43,828 nt of DNA from a virus. Below, in pieces: positions 6,224 through 14,602 of this stretch (position 1 is the first letter of the stretch; each line of letters opens with the position of its first letter). The position numbers and the translations under genes are program-made. The notes below the pieces were generated by a model, which was not told where the DNA came from, did no database searches, and was given only the letters and a program-made list of their open reading frames with translations. The stretch covers positions 1 through 43,828 of IMG/VR virus record IMGVR_UViG_3300031718_000141; one strand, given 5' to 3'.

Positions 6224-6688
6224 CTAAGATTGTTTTGGTCGTTTGTTGCGGCCAGGTACACGTGTATTTCTGGATTGACAACGCCTTGGTGCGCGCTGAG
6301 GACCTCCCTTGCGAGTAGGCTTGAGAGTAGACAGGATTGCGACCAGCCGCATGATGTTTTCGTAATGTTCCTGCTCTTTACCACGAATCTCCGCCAAATC
6401 CAAGCCTAGCCCGTCCGCTATGCCCTTAAAACCTCCGTCGAGCCGCATCTGCAAACCATGCAAGAAGCCATTCATGTTGACTACCACTTCCGCTAAACTG
6501 TCCAGCCGCGCCGCCAGCCGCCCTTGAGATTCGAGCACGGTATCCAGCTTCTCGCGCAAGAGCTTCAACGAGAGCATTTCCTGCTCAGGGGCCTTAGCCT
6601 TGGCTGGCATTGGACCGGGGCATGAATGTTGCATAAAATCCACCGGGAATACACCGCCGCAAAACTGACAGGTATAAGCGCCAGCCAT
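6224..6688 (-). CDS. hypothetical protein, 154 aa: N-terminal CxxC...C zinc-ribbon-like motif, coiled coil, basic tail
   Basis: ORF 6224..6703 trimmed to ATG 6688 (TAATG overlap with the upstream small ORF). TAG stop. Confidence 0.6.
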   Translation of the reverse strand: MAGAYTCQFCGGVFPVDFMQHSCPGPMPAKAKAPEQEMLSLKLLREKLDTVLESQGRLAARLDSLAEVVVNMNGFLHGLQMRLDGGFKGIADGLGLDLAEIRGKEQEHYENIMRLVAILSTLKPTRKGGPQRAPRRCQSRNTRVPGRNKRPKQS

Positions 6689-6798
6689 TAGAGCACCCCG
6701 CAATACGCCAGAATCTTAATCAGTATCCAGACCGCGAGCACGGCACAGCACATGACCTGAAAGGCTTCACGAGCATTGGCTTGGCTTTGTGACTCCAT
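6688..6798 (-). CDS. small membrane protein, 36 aa (MESQSQANAREAFQVMCCAVLAVWILIKILAYCGVL)
   Basis: Hand-translated. TGATG overlap upstream and TAATG overlap downstream. Confidence 0.4.
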   Translation of the reverse strand: MESQSQANAREAFQVMCCAVLAVWILIKILAYCGVL

Positions 6799-7103
6799 CA
6801 GTCCTCCTTGGCGAGGCGCTGGATGCTGTCGTCGGACAGACCTTGCAGCACCTTGAGCATAAGCGAATAGGCGATTTGCGGATTACCTGTAAGCTCTTTG
6901 TAGCGTGCGAATTGGGCCGTGAACTCGGAATAAGTAGCAGGCGTGTCGAGTTGCACCACTAGCCGGGTCCTGCCTTCGACGTTCTTCACTCTCTTTTTGG
7001 CCTCGATGCGCGGGAAGATCAGCTTGCAACGTTCGTCGGGCCGGACCTTGCCTTCTTTCTTGAGCCACAGCATACGCGCAAGCTCTTCCTCGAAACTAGG
7101 CAT
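6798..7103 (-). CDS. hypothetical protein, 101 aa
   Basis: ORF track. Its ATG overlaps the ERF stop region by 8 nt. Confidence 0.7.
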   Translation of the reverse strand: MPSFEEELARMLWLKKEGKVRPDERCKLIFPRIEAKKRVKNVEGRTRLVVQLDTPATYSEFTAQFARYKELTGNPQIAYSLMLKVLQGLSDDSIQRLAKED

Positions 7104-7893
7104 TGGCTTCCAGTTTCTTGACGGTCAGGCCCATCTCGCCCACCAGCTTCTCAAGAAGCGCCTGCATTTCTCCTGATGGGACCAAAGCTGTCTCGTCCTT
7201 GGTCTTCTTGGCTTTGTGGGCTGAGAACACGAGCCGGAGCGAGTCTTCCATGTCCTGGTGCTGGCCGAGGTACTCGCGGATATTTAAGAACTCCGAGAAA
7301 TGGCCGTTGTGAGCAGGCGGGTCCAGATAGAACAGCGCATTAACTTGCGTTCCTTGCCCATTTGCAGGCGATTTCCCGGCCTTTTCTTTCATCTTGGCCA
7401 GTTTGGCCTCACCCACGGCTTTTGCAGCCTCAGAACTGCCTACCCCGCTGGCAGCATTGCCGTCGTCATCCTCTGGGGCAGTTCCGGTGATAGCCTGCCA
7501 GGCGATTCTGCGACCGTAAGTTACGGCGCTAGCCATAGTCTGAGGGTCGAATCGCCCCTGATTCCCCATTCCCGGCAGAGTCAGGTCGGATTCAACGAAC
7601 TGGCCGGACTCGTGGAATACAGTCGTGGTGATGATAGTTTCGTGGCTCTCTATGTTTCCTTGCGGGTGCTGCATGAGGAGCAGGCCGTGTTTGAGCATTG
7701 CCGCGTCGGTAGCCTCAATTACGGTGGCAAGGTCGGCATATTTACTGTAGCCCTGTCCGCGTTTATAAGCCTGATTCTCGACAGCCCTAATCACCGCGCC
7801 AAACTCTTTACGGGCGGCAATCATGGCCTTGAGCAATTCTTTGACATCTTCACTGCGGCGCACGCGCAATTTCACTTCTGGCTGGTCTGTCAT
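7096..7893 (-). CDS. erf: ERF-family single-strand annealing (recombination) protein, 265 aa
   Basis: SKYADLATV...LKHGL...HESGQ...AVTYGRRIAWQAITGTAPEDDDGN matches the Erf pattern I remember. GGAGG SD. TAG stop. Confidence 0.8.
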   Translation of the reverse strand: MTDQPEVKLRVRRSEDVKELLKAMIAARKEFGAVIRAVENQAYKRGQGYSKYADLATVIEATDAAMLKHGLLLMQHPQGNIESHETIITTTVFHESGQFVESDLTLPGMGNQGRFDPQTMASAVTYGRRIAWQAITGTAPEDDDGNAASGVGSSEAAKAVGEAKLAKMKEKAGKSPANGQGTQVNALFYLDPPAHNGHFSEFLNIREYLGQHQDMEDSLRLVFSAHKAKKTKDETALVPSGEMQALLEKLVGEMGLTVKKLEANA

Positions 7894-7905
7894 TTGGCCT
7901 CCGGT

Positions 7906-8160
7906 TTAATCGAATGGGGGACACTCATGGCTTTGCTCCTTTACGAGTTCGTATCCGGTGGCTCCAGGCTTCATGCGAGAGATGTTGATGCGCGTCTCGC
8001 GGTCGGTAATAGTCAGGCCATCAGCAGAACAGCGCTTTACAAAGGCAAACAGCCCGGCCTGCGAGATACGTACAACTCTTATAAAGCGCGGCATTAATTT
8101 ACCAGTTGGCTGGTAGCGCTTATCGCAATCGCGCCACACTTGTCCTACCTTGACGGTCAT
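7906..8160 (-). CDS. hypothetical protein, 84 aa
   Basis: ORF 7906..8250 trimmed to ATG 8160 (GAGAGG SD, ATGA overlap upstream). Confidence 0.6.
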   Translation of the reverse strand: MTVKVGQVWRDCDKRYQPTGKLMPRFIRVVRISQAGLFAFVKRCSADGLTITDRETRINISRMKPGATGYELVKEQSHECPPFD

Positions 8161-8321
8161 TTGGCCTCTCGGCTTAATTTCCAAAGATGGTCGCTGATAC
8201 GCTCCCTGAGCAATTCCAGTTCTTCCGTGGTAGCTGGCTCTTCGCGCCACATGCGCTTGAACGTCAGCGAGATAATATCGGCAATCTGTTCTCCGACTTC
8301 AGAGGGCTTAGGCAGGGCCAT
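8157..8321 (-). CDS. hypothetical small protein, 54 aa (MALPKPSEVGEQIADIISLTFKRMW...)
   Basis: Hand-translated. Its stop overlaps ATG 8160 (ATGA). Confidence 0.4.
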   Translation of the reverse strand: MALPKPSEVGEQIADIISLTFKRMWREEPATTEELELLRERISDHLWKLSREAK

Positions 8322-8505
8322 AATTCTGTCTCCTTCTGGTCAAGAGGGATTCGGGCAGAATGCCGAGCGCAAGCATGGCCCGTTCGCATTCTCTTTTAGC
8401 TCGTTCGCGGTCGATGCGCTCCAGCATTTCTGTCAGGAAGTCCGCCAAGGTGCTGTCACCGGCATCTATGGCTTGGTCGAGTTCTGCTTGCAAGTCGCGG
8501 CTCAT
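8308..8505 (-). CDS. hypothetical protein, 65 aa
   Basis: ORF track. ATGA overlap with the upstream stop. Confidence 0.55.
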   Translation of the reverse strand: MSRDLQAELDQAIDAGDSTLADFLTEMLERIDRERAKRECERAMLALGILPESLLTRRRQNYGPA

Positions 8506-8687
8506 TGCGCGATCTCCTTGCGCTCATAAATAGCTATGCGATATTTACGGTTGGGATTTGTCACGCGCCATTGGTCTATGCGGTCCGTAGCTCCTTCAAG
8601 CGTGCGGAAGGGCACGTCGCAAGGATTCCACTCTGAAAGTTCTGATTCGATGACATATACTTGCTTTGCCATATTCTTGTCGCTCAT
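8502..8687 (-). CDS. hypothetical protein, 61 aa
   Basis: ORF track. Coupled starts and stops. Confidence 0.6.
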   Translation of the reverse strand: MSDKNMAKQVYVIESELSEWNPCDVPFRTLEGATDRIDQWRVTNPNRKYRIAIYERKEIAQ

Positions 8688-8890
8688 GGCTTACCTTTCT
8701 TTGGCTCCAGTTCTTGCTCGGCGAATGCAATCAATTCGCGCACGTGCTCGACGCGCTCCACGGAATTACTCAACTCCTCGATAGTGGCTTTGGCATCATC
8801 ATCGATGTCGTCCCAAGAGTATTCAAGGGCGGCTTTAGCCTTGCGCCACACGTCAAGCAAAGCCTGTCTTTCTACTAACTTAGAGTCCAT
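8684..8890 (-). CDS. hypothetical acidic protein, 68 aa
   Basis: ORF track. Confidence 0.6.
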   Translation of the reverse strand: MDSKLVERQALLDVWRKAKAALEYSWDDIDDDAKATIEELSNSVERVEHVRELIAFAEQELEPKKGKP

Positions 8891-9095
8891 CTCGCTCTCC
8901 TGTACGCAACTCGTAGTCTAAAATGCGGGCCTGCTCGATGCGCTCGGCATGGGCTTTTTCGTAGCCTTCCATGCCCGTGACCCACGAGCCATCGCCCCAC
9001 TCTTTATCGCAGGCATTGCAGCGCACCACAGCGACGCGATACAGCCCGTTGTTATTGCCGCGCATATCGTAAATCTTCTCTGGAAAGTGGTTCAT
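8880..9095 (-). CDS. hypothetical protein, 71 aa
   Basis: ORF track. Confidence 0.6.
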   Translation of the reverse strand: MNHFPEKIYDMRGNNNGLYRVAVVRCNACDKEWGDGSWVTGMEGYEKAHAERIEQARILDYELRTGERDGL

Positions 9096-9307
9096 TGGCT
9101 CTCCTTTTCCGCTGCGGCGATGGCCGCGCGCAGGGCCTCACGGGCTGTACGCGCTTCAGTTAAACTCGAACTTGGCTGCGCAGCACCGCGCATGTGAGGT
9201 TCAGCGCCCTTGGCTGCGTCGAGCAACAGCTTATTCACTTGGCGGAGGCGGTCGCGCTCCATCTGGCATTGGGCCAATAACAGCCTGTCTTCAGCTTTGG
9301 TGCTCAT
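9092..9307 (-). CDS. hypothetical coiled-coil protein, 71 aa
   Basis: ORF 9092..9334 trimmed to ATG 9307 (GAGGGGAG SD). Confidence 0.55.
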   Translation of the reverse strand: MSTKAEDRLLLAQCQMERDRLRQVNKLLLDAAKGAEPHMRGAAQPSSSLTEARTAREALRAAIAAAEKESQ

Positions 9308-9330
9308 GGTTCGTTTCTCCCCTCTAGGTA

Positions 9331-9489
9331 TCAAACCTTCTTTGGTGCTGACCGCATGGCTAACGCAAGTTCACGGTCTGCGTGTCGCCGACAATACGGA
9401 ACACCATTCACTCGTTCGACCGCGTAGCACTTGCATTGCTCGCCGCTCGCCGTTATTCCTTCGCAGCGTGTTTGTTTTGCGATAGCCAT
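9331..9489 (-). CDS. hypothetical Cys-containing small protein, 52 aa. First gene of the minus-strand block.
   Basis: Hand-translated: MAIAKQTRCEGITASGEQCKCYAVERVNGVPYCRRHADRELALAMRSAPKKV. Confidence 0.45.
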   Translation of the reverse strand: MAIAKQTRCEGITASGEQCKCYAVERVNGVPYCRRHADRELALAMRSAPKKV

Positions 9490-9576
9490 GATGTTTTCAG
9501 CACCTCTTGTTTGCCCGGCTCCCCTCTATCGAAATCCTGCCACAAGGCCGAAAGCTTGTCAAGTGTTATTTTGCAC

Positions 9577-9605
9577 TTGATTTCACACTTTACGTATGCT
9601 ATAGG
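9577..9605 (+). promoter_or_regulatory. candidate promoter TTGATT - 17 nt - TATAGG, then 6 nt to ATG 9612 (leaderless geometry)
   Basis: Divergent intergenic region 9490-9611. No SD before ATG 9612. Confidence 0.4.
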
Positions 9606-9611
9606 TGTGCC

Positions 9612-9767
9612 ATGGCCTCAAGGCAGGCGGAATGGCAGAGAAGGCAGCTAGAGCGAGGGCGCTGCGTGAAGTGTGGCGGCAGGCTGAGCGCAAGGTCTAA
9701 GAGGTTATGTTATAAACACTTAGAAGCAGACAAGCTATATCCATCGCGCAAGAAAGTGGCCGCATGA
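9612..9767 (+). CDS. small zinc-ribbon-like protein, 51 aa
   Basis: ORF 9507..9767 trimmed to ATG 9612. Contains CVKCGG...CYKH. ATGA overlap with the next gene. Confidence 0.55.
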   Translation: MASRQAEWQRRQLERGRCVKCGGRLSARSKRLCYKHLEADKLYPSRKKVAA

Positions 9768-9967
9768 GCAGCACACCCAGAAGCCTACGGAGCGAGCCGT
9801 ATTTCCCTCAAGGCGTGGCAGGCGTGTTGACGACAAAGTGTGAGTGTGGCTGGGAGGTTGTAAGCATCATGCCGGAAGAGGCAGATGTGCTATTCGGACT
9901 GCTTTTTCATCACATGCAAGCCGCGCATGGCCTAAAGTTGCCTATTTTTACTTGCGAGCAGCTATGA
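9764..9967 (+). CDS. hypothetical protein, 67 aa
   Basis: ORF track. Confidence 0.6.
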   Translation: MSSTPRSLRSEPYFPQGVAGVLTTKCECGWEVVSIMPEEADVLFGLLFHHMQAAHGLKLPIFTCEQL

Positions 9968-10023
9968 ACCAGGCAAAAAAGCCTCTTGACGCCCCAGCAG
10001 CAAAAGGAGCATGATTAAGCGCG

Positions 10024-10566
10024 ATGTCTCGCAACATTCCATATGACGCTCCAAAGAGCCTGTGGGACGCGCTCTCACGACCGAGCGACACCTCTCCAGA
10101 TACCCTCCAGACCGATTCCAAGCCCACTTTCCCTCCAGACCGAGCCGTCAAGCCACGCAAGATTCGCAATGCCCCTGGTATCAAGACCAGCATCATCCAG
10201 CAAAGACTATCAGGCAAGTCTAAGCGTAGTATCGCTAACGAGTTGAAGATCGGCAGAAATACAGTCACAAAAGTCCTTCAGGACAGCAATGTGGAACAAG
10301 CTCTAAATGCGGGCTTACTTTCTTGCGCGCCGCTGATTCCTAAAGCAGTGCAAGCTCTTGAAAAGACGCTAGATAGAGGCGACGGTGCGTTAGGGTTAAA
10401 GTTCCTGAATGACATTGGAGTTTTAGGCGACCGCAAAGGAAATGCCGCGCCAGAATCACTTCATTTAACACAAGCTGTGTCCATCATGTTCAAGGCAAAA
10501 GACTTGCCGGAACAGCCTGTCATCGAAGTAAAGGCCTCAGAGCCGGCCCCGCCAGCAGGCAAATAA
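10024..10566 (+). CDS. helix-turn-helix DNA-binding protein, 180 aa. A small-terminase role is possible from position only.
   Basis: IIQQRLSGKSKRSIANELKIGRNTVTKVL is a resolvase/Tnp-type HTH. The gene lies upstream of the large terminase. Confidence 0.6.
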   Translation: MSRNIPYDAPKSLWDALSRPSDTSPDTLQTDSKPTFPPDRAVKPRKIRNAPGIKTSIIQQRLSGKSKRSIANELKIGRNTVTKVLQDSNVEQALNAGLLSCAPLIPKAVQALEKTLDRGDGALGLKFLNDIGVLGDRKGNAAPESLHLTQAVSIMFKAKDLPEQPVIEVKASEPAPPAGK

Positions 10567-10746
10567 GGTCATTGTGCCCCGGTATTGTGCAGTGATAAAG
10601 TAAGTCCTTTGCCATCAACACATTTCAGTTAACATAATAAGATAATATAAGACACGCGTCAAGTCTGACACAGCATCCAAGCAGCCAAAAACCCCCACCG
10701 GCATGATTTAGATTTAGAGTTTTCCCCAGAACTTTTGCGAAATCAC

Positions 10747-10776
10747 TTGACACACGTGTGCCCAATAGCGTAGAAC
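10747..10776 (+). promoter_or_regulatory. sigma70-like promoter TTGACA - 18 nt - TAGAAC, with the palindrome CACACGTGTG in the spacer
   Basis: TTGACA 10747-10752, TAGAAC 10771-10776, ATG 10786 9 nt later with no SD. Confidence 0.45.
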
Positions 10777-10785
10777 ATATGTGCT

Positions 10786-11187
10786 ATGAGAAAGCTATTT
10801 GCGGAGCGCCAACGCCTTGTGGTGTACTTGGAGCAAGCAGACGTGATTCGGATGACATCTCGGGCGCGCGAAGAGGGATTGACGTTAGTGGAGTGGGCGA
10901 GGGAGACGCTGCGTGGTGAACTCAAAATCAGTCGAGGTGAAGACCTGCCGCGGGCTAAAGCGGTACGTGTGGCACGACGGGGCACTAGCGGATCCGTGGA
11001 TGATGCCGCAACTGCTCAATCCGACGCACAGGCTCTCGCCGGAGACGTTGAGGGAGGCAGTGCGGGTAGTGAGAAGGATAATCAGCAGAAAAAGATACGC
11101 GGGAGCATAAGCTGCCCGCATGGATATGAGGTAGGCTGGCGGTGCACGCTTTGCGGTGGGAAGGTCACGCGGGAGATGTGCGCATGA
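10786..11187 (+). CDS. ribbon-helix-helix-like DNA-binding protein with a C-terminal Cys cluster, 133 aa
   Basis: The N-terminus RLVVYLEQADVIRMTSRAREEGLTLVEWARETL looks like an RHH (CopG/Arc-type) domain. Confidence 0.5.
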   Translation: MRKLFAERQRLVVYLEQADVIRMTSRAREEGLTLVEWARETLRGELKISRGEDLPRAKAVRVARRGTSGSVDDAATAQSDAQALAGDVEGGSAGSEKDNQQKKIRGSISCPHGYEVGWRCTLCGGKVTREMCA

Positions 11188-11354
11188 GGTTTTTGGGCCA
11201 GGTCGTCCTGATTTTTCTGCTTTGCGCGAGCGGGGCGTGGATACTAGCGGCTCTTTTGGCTTTTGCCTGGAACGTGCAGCCGGTGGATTTCAATTCACGG
11301 TTCATTACGTTTCTGTCGTGGATTGTTCCGCGTCCGAGGTATGCTAAGCGCTAA
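11184..11354 (+). CDS. small membrane protein, 56 aa
   Basis: ORF 11142..11354 trimmed to ATG 11184 (ATGA overlap). One TM helix. TAATG overlap with the terminase gene. Confidence 0.5.
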   Translation: MRFLGQVVLIFLLCASGAWILAALLAFAWNVQPVDFNSRFITFLSWIVPRPRYAKR

Positions 11355-12910
11355 TGGGCGTACGCAAGGGCGAACTCGACTTCAAAACCTTCATCGAGAA
11401 TCTGCCGCGCGCGCCCAAACAGCATAAATTTCTCGCCGCTGAAAACCGCATGGCCGCGATTGTCGGTGGCCGTGGCTCTGGAAAGTCCGTCGTTCTCTGC
11501 ATCTCTGCCCAAACCTTTGCCGCCAACGACCCAAACGGCATGTCCCTGATAGGCCGTCTCAACATGCCAGCGCTTGAAACCTCCACCATGCAGATTTTCC
11601 TGGAACTGGTAGAGGAAGGCTGGGGCGATTGGCAGGATTCCAAGAAGATTTTCCAGTGGAAGAACGGCCACCAGACGATTTTCAAGCATTTGGACATCAC
11701 CGACCCCAAAGTGGTGGGCCATATCAAGTCCATGAATCTGTCAGCAGCCTTTATTGATGAGGCGGTCGAGATTTCGGAGGAAATCTACTTCGTCATCCTC
11801 GGCGGAGTGCGCAGAAAGACCGCTCCCAGAAGAATTATCAGGCTAGCGTCGAATCCGGCAGGCCATGATTGGGTCTGGAGGCACTTTTTCGACCCGAACC
11901 GCAAAAAAGCGCTACAGGACAACCTCGGAATCACTATGTCGTCGATGGACAACGTGTTCTTGCCAGAGGAAACCATCGAAAACATGCTCAATACCTACCC
12001 TCCCGACTGGGCGGACCGGTTTATTTATGGCTCTTTCGCAGATTTCAGTGACTTAATCTTCAAAGAATTTAGCGAGGTGACGCATGTCTGGGACGAAACC
12101 AAGGAATACGACATCTTCGGAGGAACGCAAAACCCTCCTAACGATTGGCCGGTCATTGTCGGGATGGACATTGGAGGTGGTGAAGAAGGGGACCCTTGGG
12201 CCATACCAATCATCGCTGTGGCGCCAGATGGTCGCCTGTATCAGTACGACGAAGTTTACGGTTCCGGTCTCCGAATCAAACCAATCTCCGAGGAAATGCA
12301 CGCTAAAATTGGAAGTCACCCTATCGAGGGAATAGCCTATGACTACGCGCAAAGAGCCGCCGCGATGGAACTCGAAGAACACGGCATCTACGGCCAGCCC
12401 GCACTCAAGGAAGTCACTCCCGGCCTCTTCAAAACCGAGCAATATATGCACGTTGACCCTCGACTTGTCCACCCATTTAATCCCACGGTTAATGGCAGCC
12501 CTCGATACTTTATCTCTTCGCGGTGCCGACACACTCTCCGTGAGCTACCCGCTTACAAATGGGCAAAAGATAGGTCTGGCAACCCGAAGTTCGAGCCTGC
12601 CCATGAAAATTCCCACTGCCCATCCGCCATCCGGTACGCGATACATACTTTTAGACCGGAGCCAGAAAAGATTGCTCCCGCCAAAGCCTGGCAGAACCCC
12701 GCGCTCAATGAAATGAGTCGCCTCTACTGGTTCGAGCTGGCGAAGAAAGCGCAGTCACGCTATCCCGACAAAGGCCAGAAAATCATGACCGCGCAGGAGT
12801 GGGCGAACGTGCATGAAGTGGAAAACGCCGAACAACCCGTCATCCGCAACTTCCAGCGTTCAAGATTTACTAGATTTATCAAGCCTGCTGTGTTACGTTC
12901 GCGGCAGTAG
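11354..12910 (+). CDS. terL: terminase large subunit, 518 aa
   Basis: Walker A GGRGSGKS, Walker B-like AAFIDEAVE, C-terminal nuclease-type MDIGGGEEGDPWA. TAG stop embedded in TAGGAGGG. Confidence 0.9.
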   Translation: MGVRKGELDFKTFIENLPRAPKQHKFLAAENRMAAIVGGRGSGKSVVLCISAQTFAANDPNGMSLIGRLNMPALETSTMQIFLELVEEGWGDWQDSKKIFQWKNGHQTIFKHLDITDPKVVGHIKSMNLSAAFIDEAVEISEEIYFVILGGVRRKTAPRRIIRLASNPAGHDWVWRHFFDPNRKKALQDNLGITMSSMDNVFLPEETIENMLNTYPPDWADRFIYGSFADFSDLIFKEFSEVTHVWDETKEYDIFGGTQNPPNDWPVIVGMDIGGGEEGDPWAIPIIAVAPDGRLYQYDEVYGSGLRIKPISEEMHAKIGSHPIEGIAYDYAQRAAAMELEEHGIYGQPALKEVTPGLFKTEQYMHVDPRLVHPFNPTVNGSPRYFISSRCRHTLRELPAYKWAKDRSGNPKFEPAHENSHCPSAIRYAIHTFRPEPEKIAPAKAWQNPALNEMSRLYWFELAKKAQSRYPDKGQKIMTAQEWANVHEVENAEQPVIRNFQRSRFTRFIKPAVLRSRQ

Positions 12911-12921
12911 GAGGGAAGAAA

Positions 12922-13206
12922 ATGCTCCGTGACCTAAAAATCAGGGTTGCTCTTTGGCTTCTATCTGGACTAACACTGAGAGAGCGTGATGAGCTTCTCT
13001 CTGCGCCGCGCCAAGAACCGGTCTGCATCAATGTTAGCGGTCTACCTATCTGGTTTGTCGACGCCCAAAGGATAGATGTTTCTGAGTTCCCTAAAGGCAT
13101 TGGAGAAATCGTGGAAGTAAAAACTGGCGGGAGAACGGTAGGCGAGTGCTTTGCGGTAATTGGAATCCCCGACCATTTAGGAGAAGCAAATGCTCAACTT
13201 AGCTGA
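12922..13206 (+). CDS. hypothetical protein, 94 aa
   Basis: ORF track. AGGAGGG SD. Confidence 0.6.
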   Translation: MLRDLKIRVALWLLSGLTLRERDELLSAPRQEPVCINVSGLPIWFVDAQRIDVSEFPKGIGEIVEVKTGGRTVGECFAVIGIPDHLGEANAQLS

Positions 13207-13576
13207 AATCGGCTCCCGCGTGGACCGTGGCCAAGCCACACCCGCCGACATCCAGTCCATGCTCGCCGAACTCAAAAAGCTCTACGCCGACCCGAAACCA
13301 GCTTCTGAACTGGCTGCCGAGGCGGCCCAAGCCGCTTCTGACGCTGCCGCCGCATCTCTCACTCTCGCGCAAAAAGCGACTGTCGCCGCACAGGCCGAAG
13401 CCGCTGCTGCCGCTGAAAGAGCTGCTCACGCAAAGAAAGCTTCGGACGCCGCGCTTGCCGCAGCAAATGCCAGAACTGCCGAGCTGCAAGCCGCCGCAAA
13501 CAAGCAAAAGGCCGATGAGCTTCTCGCACAAAAGACCGCCGTCGCTACTTCTCTCAAAACGCAACTGGACGCCTGA
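13190..13576 (+). CDS. Ala-rich coiled-coil protein, 128 aa
   Basis: ORF track. The overlapping ORFs in other frames look like shadows of the Ala-rich coding sequence. Confidence 0.6.
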   Translation: MLNLAEIGSRVDRGQATPADIQSMLAELKKLYADPKPASELAAEAAQAASDAAAASLTLAQKATVAAQAEAAAAAERAAHAKKASDAALAAANARTAELQAAANKQKADELLAQKTAVATSLKTQLDA

Positions 13577-13830
13577 TGCTGACCGGCCAAGCGAAGTGGA
13601 AAGAAGTCATGCAAGGCCCCATCTCGCGCAATGAAGCGCAGATGATGGAAGACCGCATCTGCACGCATGTTCTTTCAACCGCCACGGCCATCGAAGCGCT
13701 CGATACGCTCCTGACCAAAAAAGGTATTCTCGCGGACAACGAACTCCTCAATGCGGTCGCCGAACTGCTCAAAACAAAATCTGAGCAGGTCAGTGCCGCA
13801 GCCGAATCCTCGAACATCGTAGGTGTCTAG
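13576..13830 (+). CDS. hypothetical protein, 84 aa
   Basis: ORF track. TGATG overlap. TAG stop. Confidence 0.6.
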   Translation: MLTGQAKWKEVMQGPISRNEAQMMEDRICTHVLSTATAIEALDTLLTKKGILADNELLNAVAELLKTKSEQVSAAAESSNIVGV

Positions 13831-14087
13831 TGGCAGTCAATATTCCAGCGGTTGCGGTAACCACCACCAAGCTGGCGGATGGCAACGTGCGCTTCGATTT
13901 CTACTCTTCGCTCGACGGCGTGAACGCCTATGCCGACTTGCGCTTCAGCGTGGTCATGTCGAGCGCAAACGTGACCAGCATCAATACCACCGTCAACGGC
14001 GGCTCGACCGGAGCAACGCTCACACAGGTCTACGCGCAGGACGCGAATCGCGGCGACTACGTGCCGGGCATGGCATTCGCAGCTTAG
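13830..14087 (+). CDS. hypothetical protein, 85 aa (GTG start)
   Basis: ORF track. TAGTG overlap. TAG stop within TAGGAG. Confidence 0.55.
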   Translation: MAVNIPAVAVTTTKLADGNVRFDFYSSLDGVNAYADLRFSVVMSSANVTSINTTVNGGSTGATLTQVYAQDANRGDYVPGMAFAA

Positions 14088-14095
14088 GAGAACTC

Positions 14096-14203
14096 ATGGG
14101 TGCAGGCGAACTGATGAAGCCCGTTACGGACGTGGCCAAGAAAGCCGCGACTGCGGGGAAGATTAAGAAAATTTCTTTGAAGATAAAAATGAAGGAGAAA
14201 TAG
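14096..14203 (+). CDS. small Lys-rich protein, 35 aa
   Basis: AGGAG lies 5 nt before ATG 14096. MGAGELMKPVTDVAKKAATAGKIKKISLKIKMKEK. TAG stop. Confidence 0.4.
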   Translation: MGAGELMKPVTDVAKKAATAGKIKKISLKIKMKEK

Positions 14204-14206
14204 CCG

Positions 14207-14602
14207 GTGACGAGAGACGAGCGGCTCGCATATGGCAAGTCGTACTATCGGAAAAATCGCACGGAAATGTTGGAGCGCGCCAAGTCTCGCTATGACCACG
14301 AGGAAAATCACGCCTATCAAATAAATCTGCGCTACGGCGTGACTAAGGAAGAATACGCCTCACTGCTAAAGGCGCAGGGCGAAGAATGTGCCATCTGTGA
14401 GAACAGGACCTCCAACAGGCGTACTAAGAAATTAAGCATAGACCACGACCATGAAACCAAGGAAACCAGAGGGCTGCTCTGCGCCAAGTGCAATTTGATT
14501 ATCGGCCTTTGTGGGGAAAACGCGGATATTCTAATCAATGCCGCTAATTACCTCGCCATCTGGAAAGAAGAGGGACGAATTATCAAAGAAGTGGCGGCAT
14601 GA
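14207..14602 (+). CDS. Endonuclease VII-type (T4 endoVII family) HNH nuclease, 131 aa
   Basis: CAICENRTSNRRTKKLSIDHDHETKETRGLLCAKCNLIIG matches the Endonuclease_7 signature. GTG start. Confidence 0.8.
   Translation: MTRDERLAYGKSYYRKNRTEMLERAKSRYDHEENHAYQINLRYGVTKEEYASLLKAQGEECAICENRTSNRRTKKLSIDHDHETKETRGLLCAKCNLIIGLCGENADILINAANYLAIWKEEGRIIKEVAA

Noticed and set aside
7300-8097. 265-aa plus-strand ORF.
   Set aside because: It is antisense to the ERF gene and its neighbour. It is a typical shadow ORF of GC3-rich coding sequence, with no SD and an implausible composition.
9534-9562. Minus-strand TTGACA (9562-9557), considered as the early promoter.
   Set aside because: The best -10 box at 17-nt spacing is CAGGAT, which is poor. 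It is plausible but not well enough supported to list as a feature.
13199-13668. Several ORFs (13199..13564 minus, 13227..13634 plus, 13426..13668 minus) overlapping the Ala-rich gene.
   Set aside because: They are frame shadows of GCN-rich coding sequence. Only 13190..13576 and 13576..13830 fit the coupled stop-start chain.
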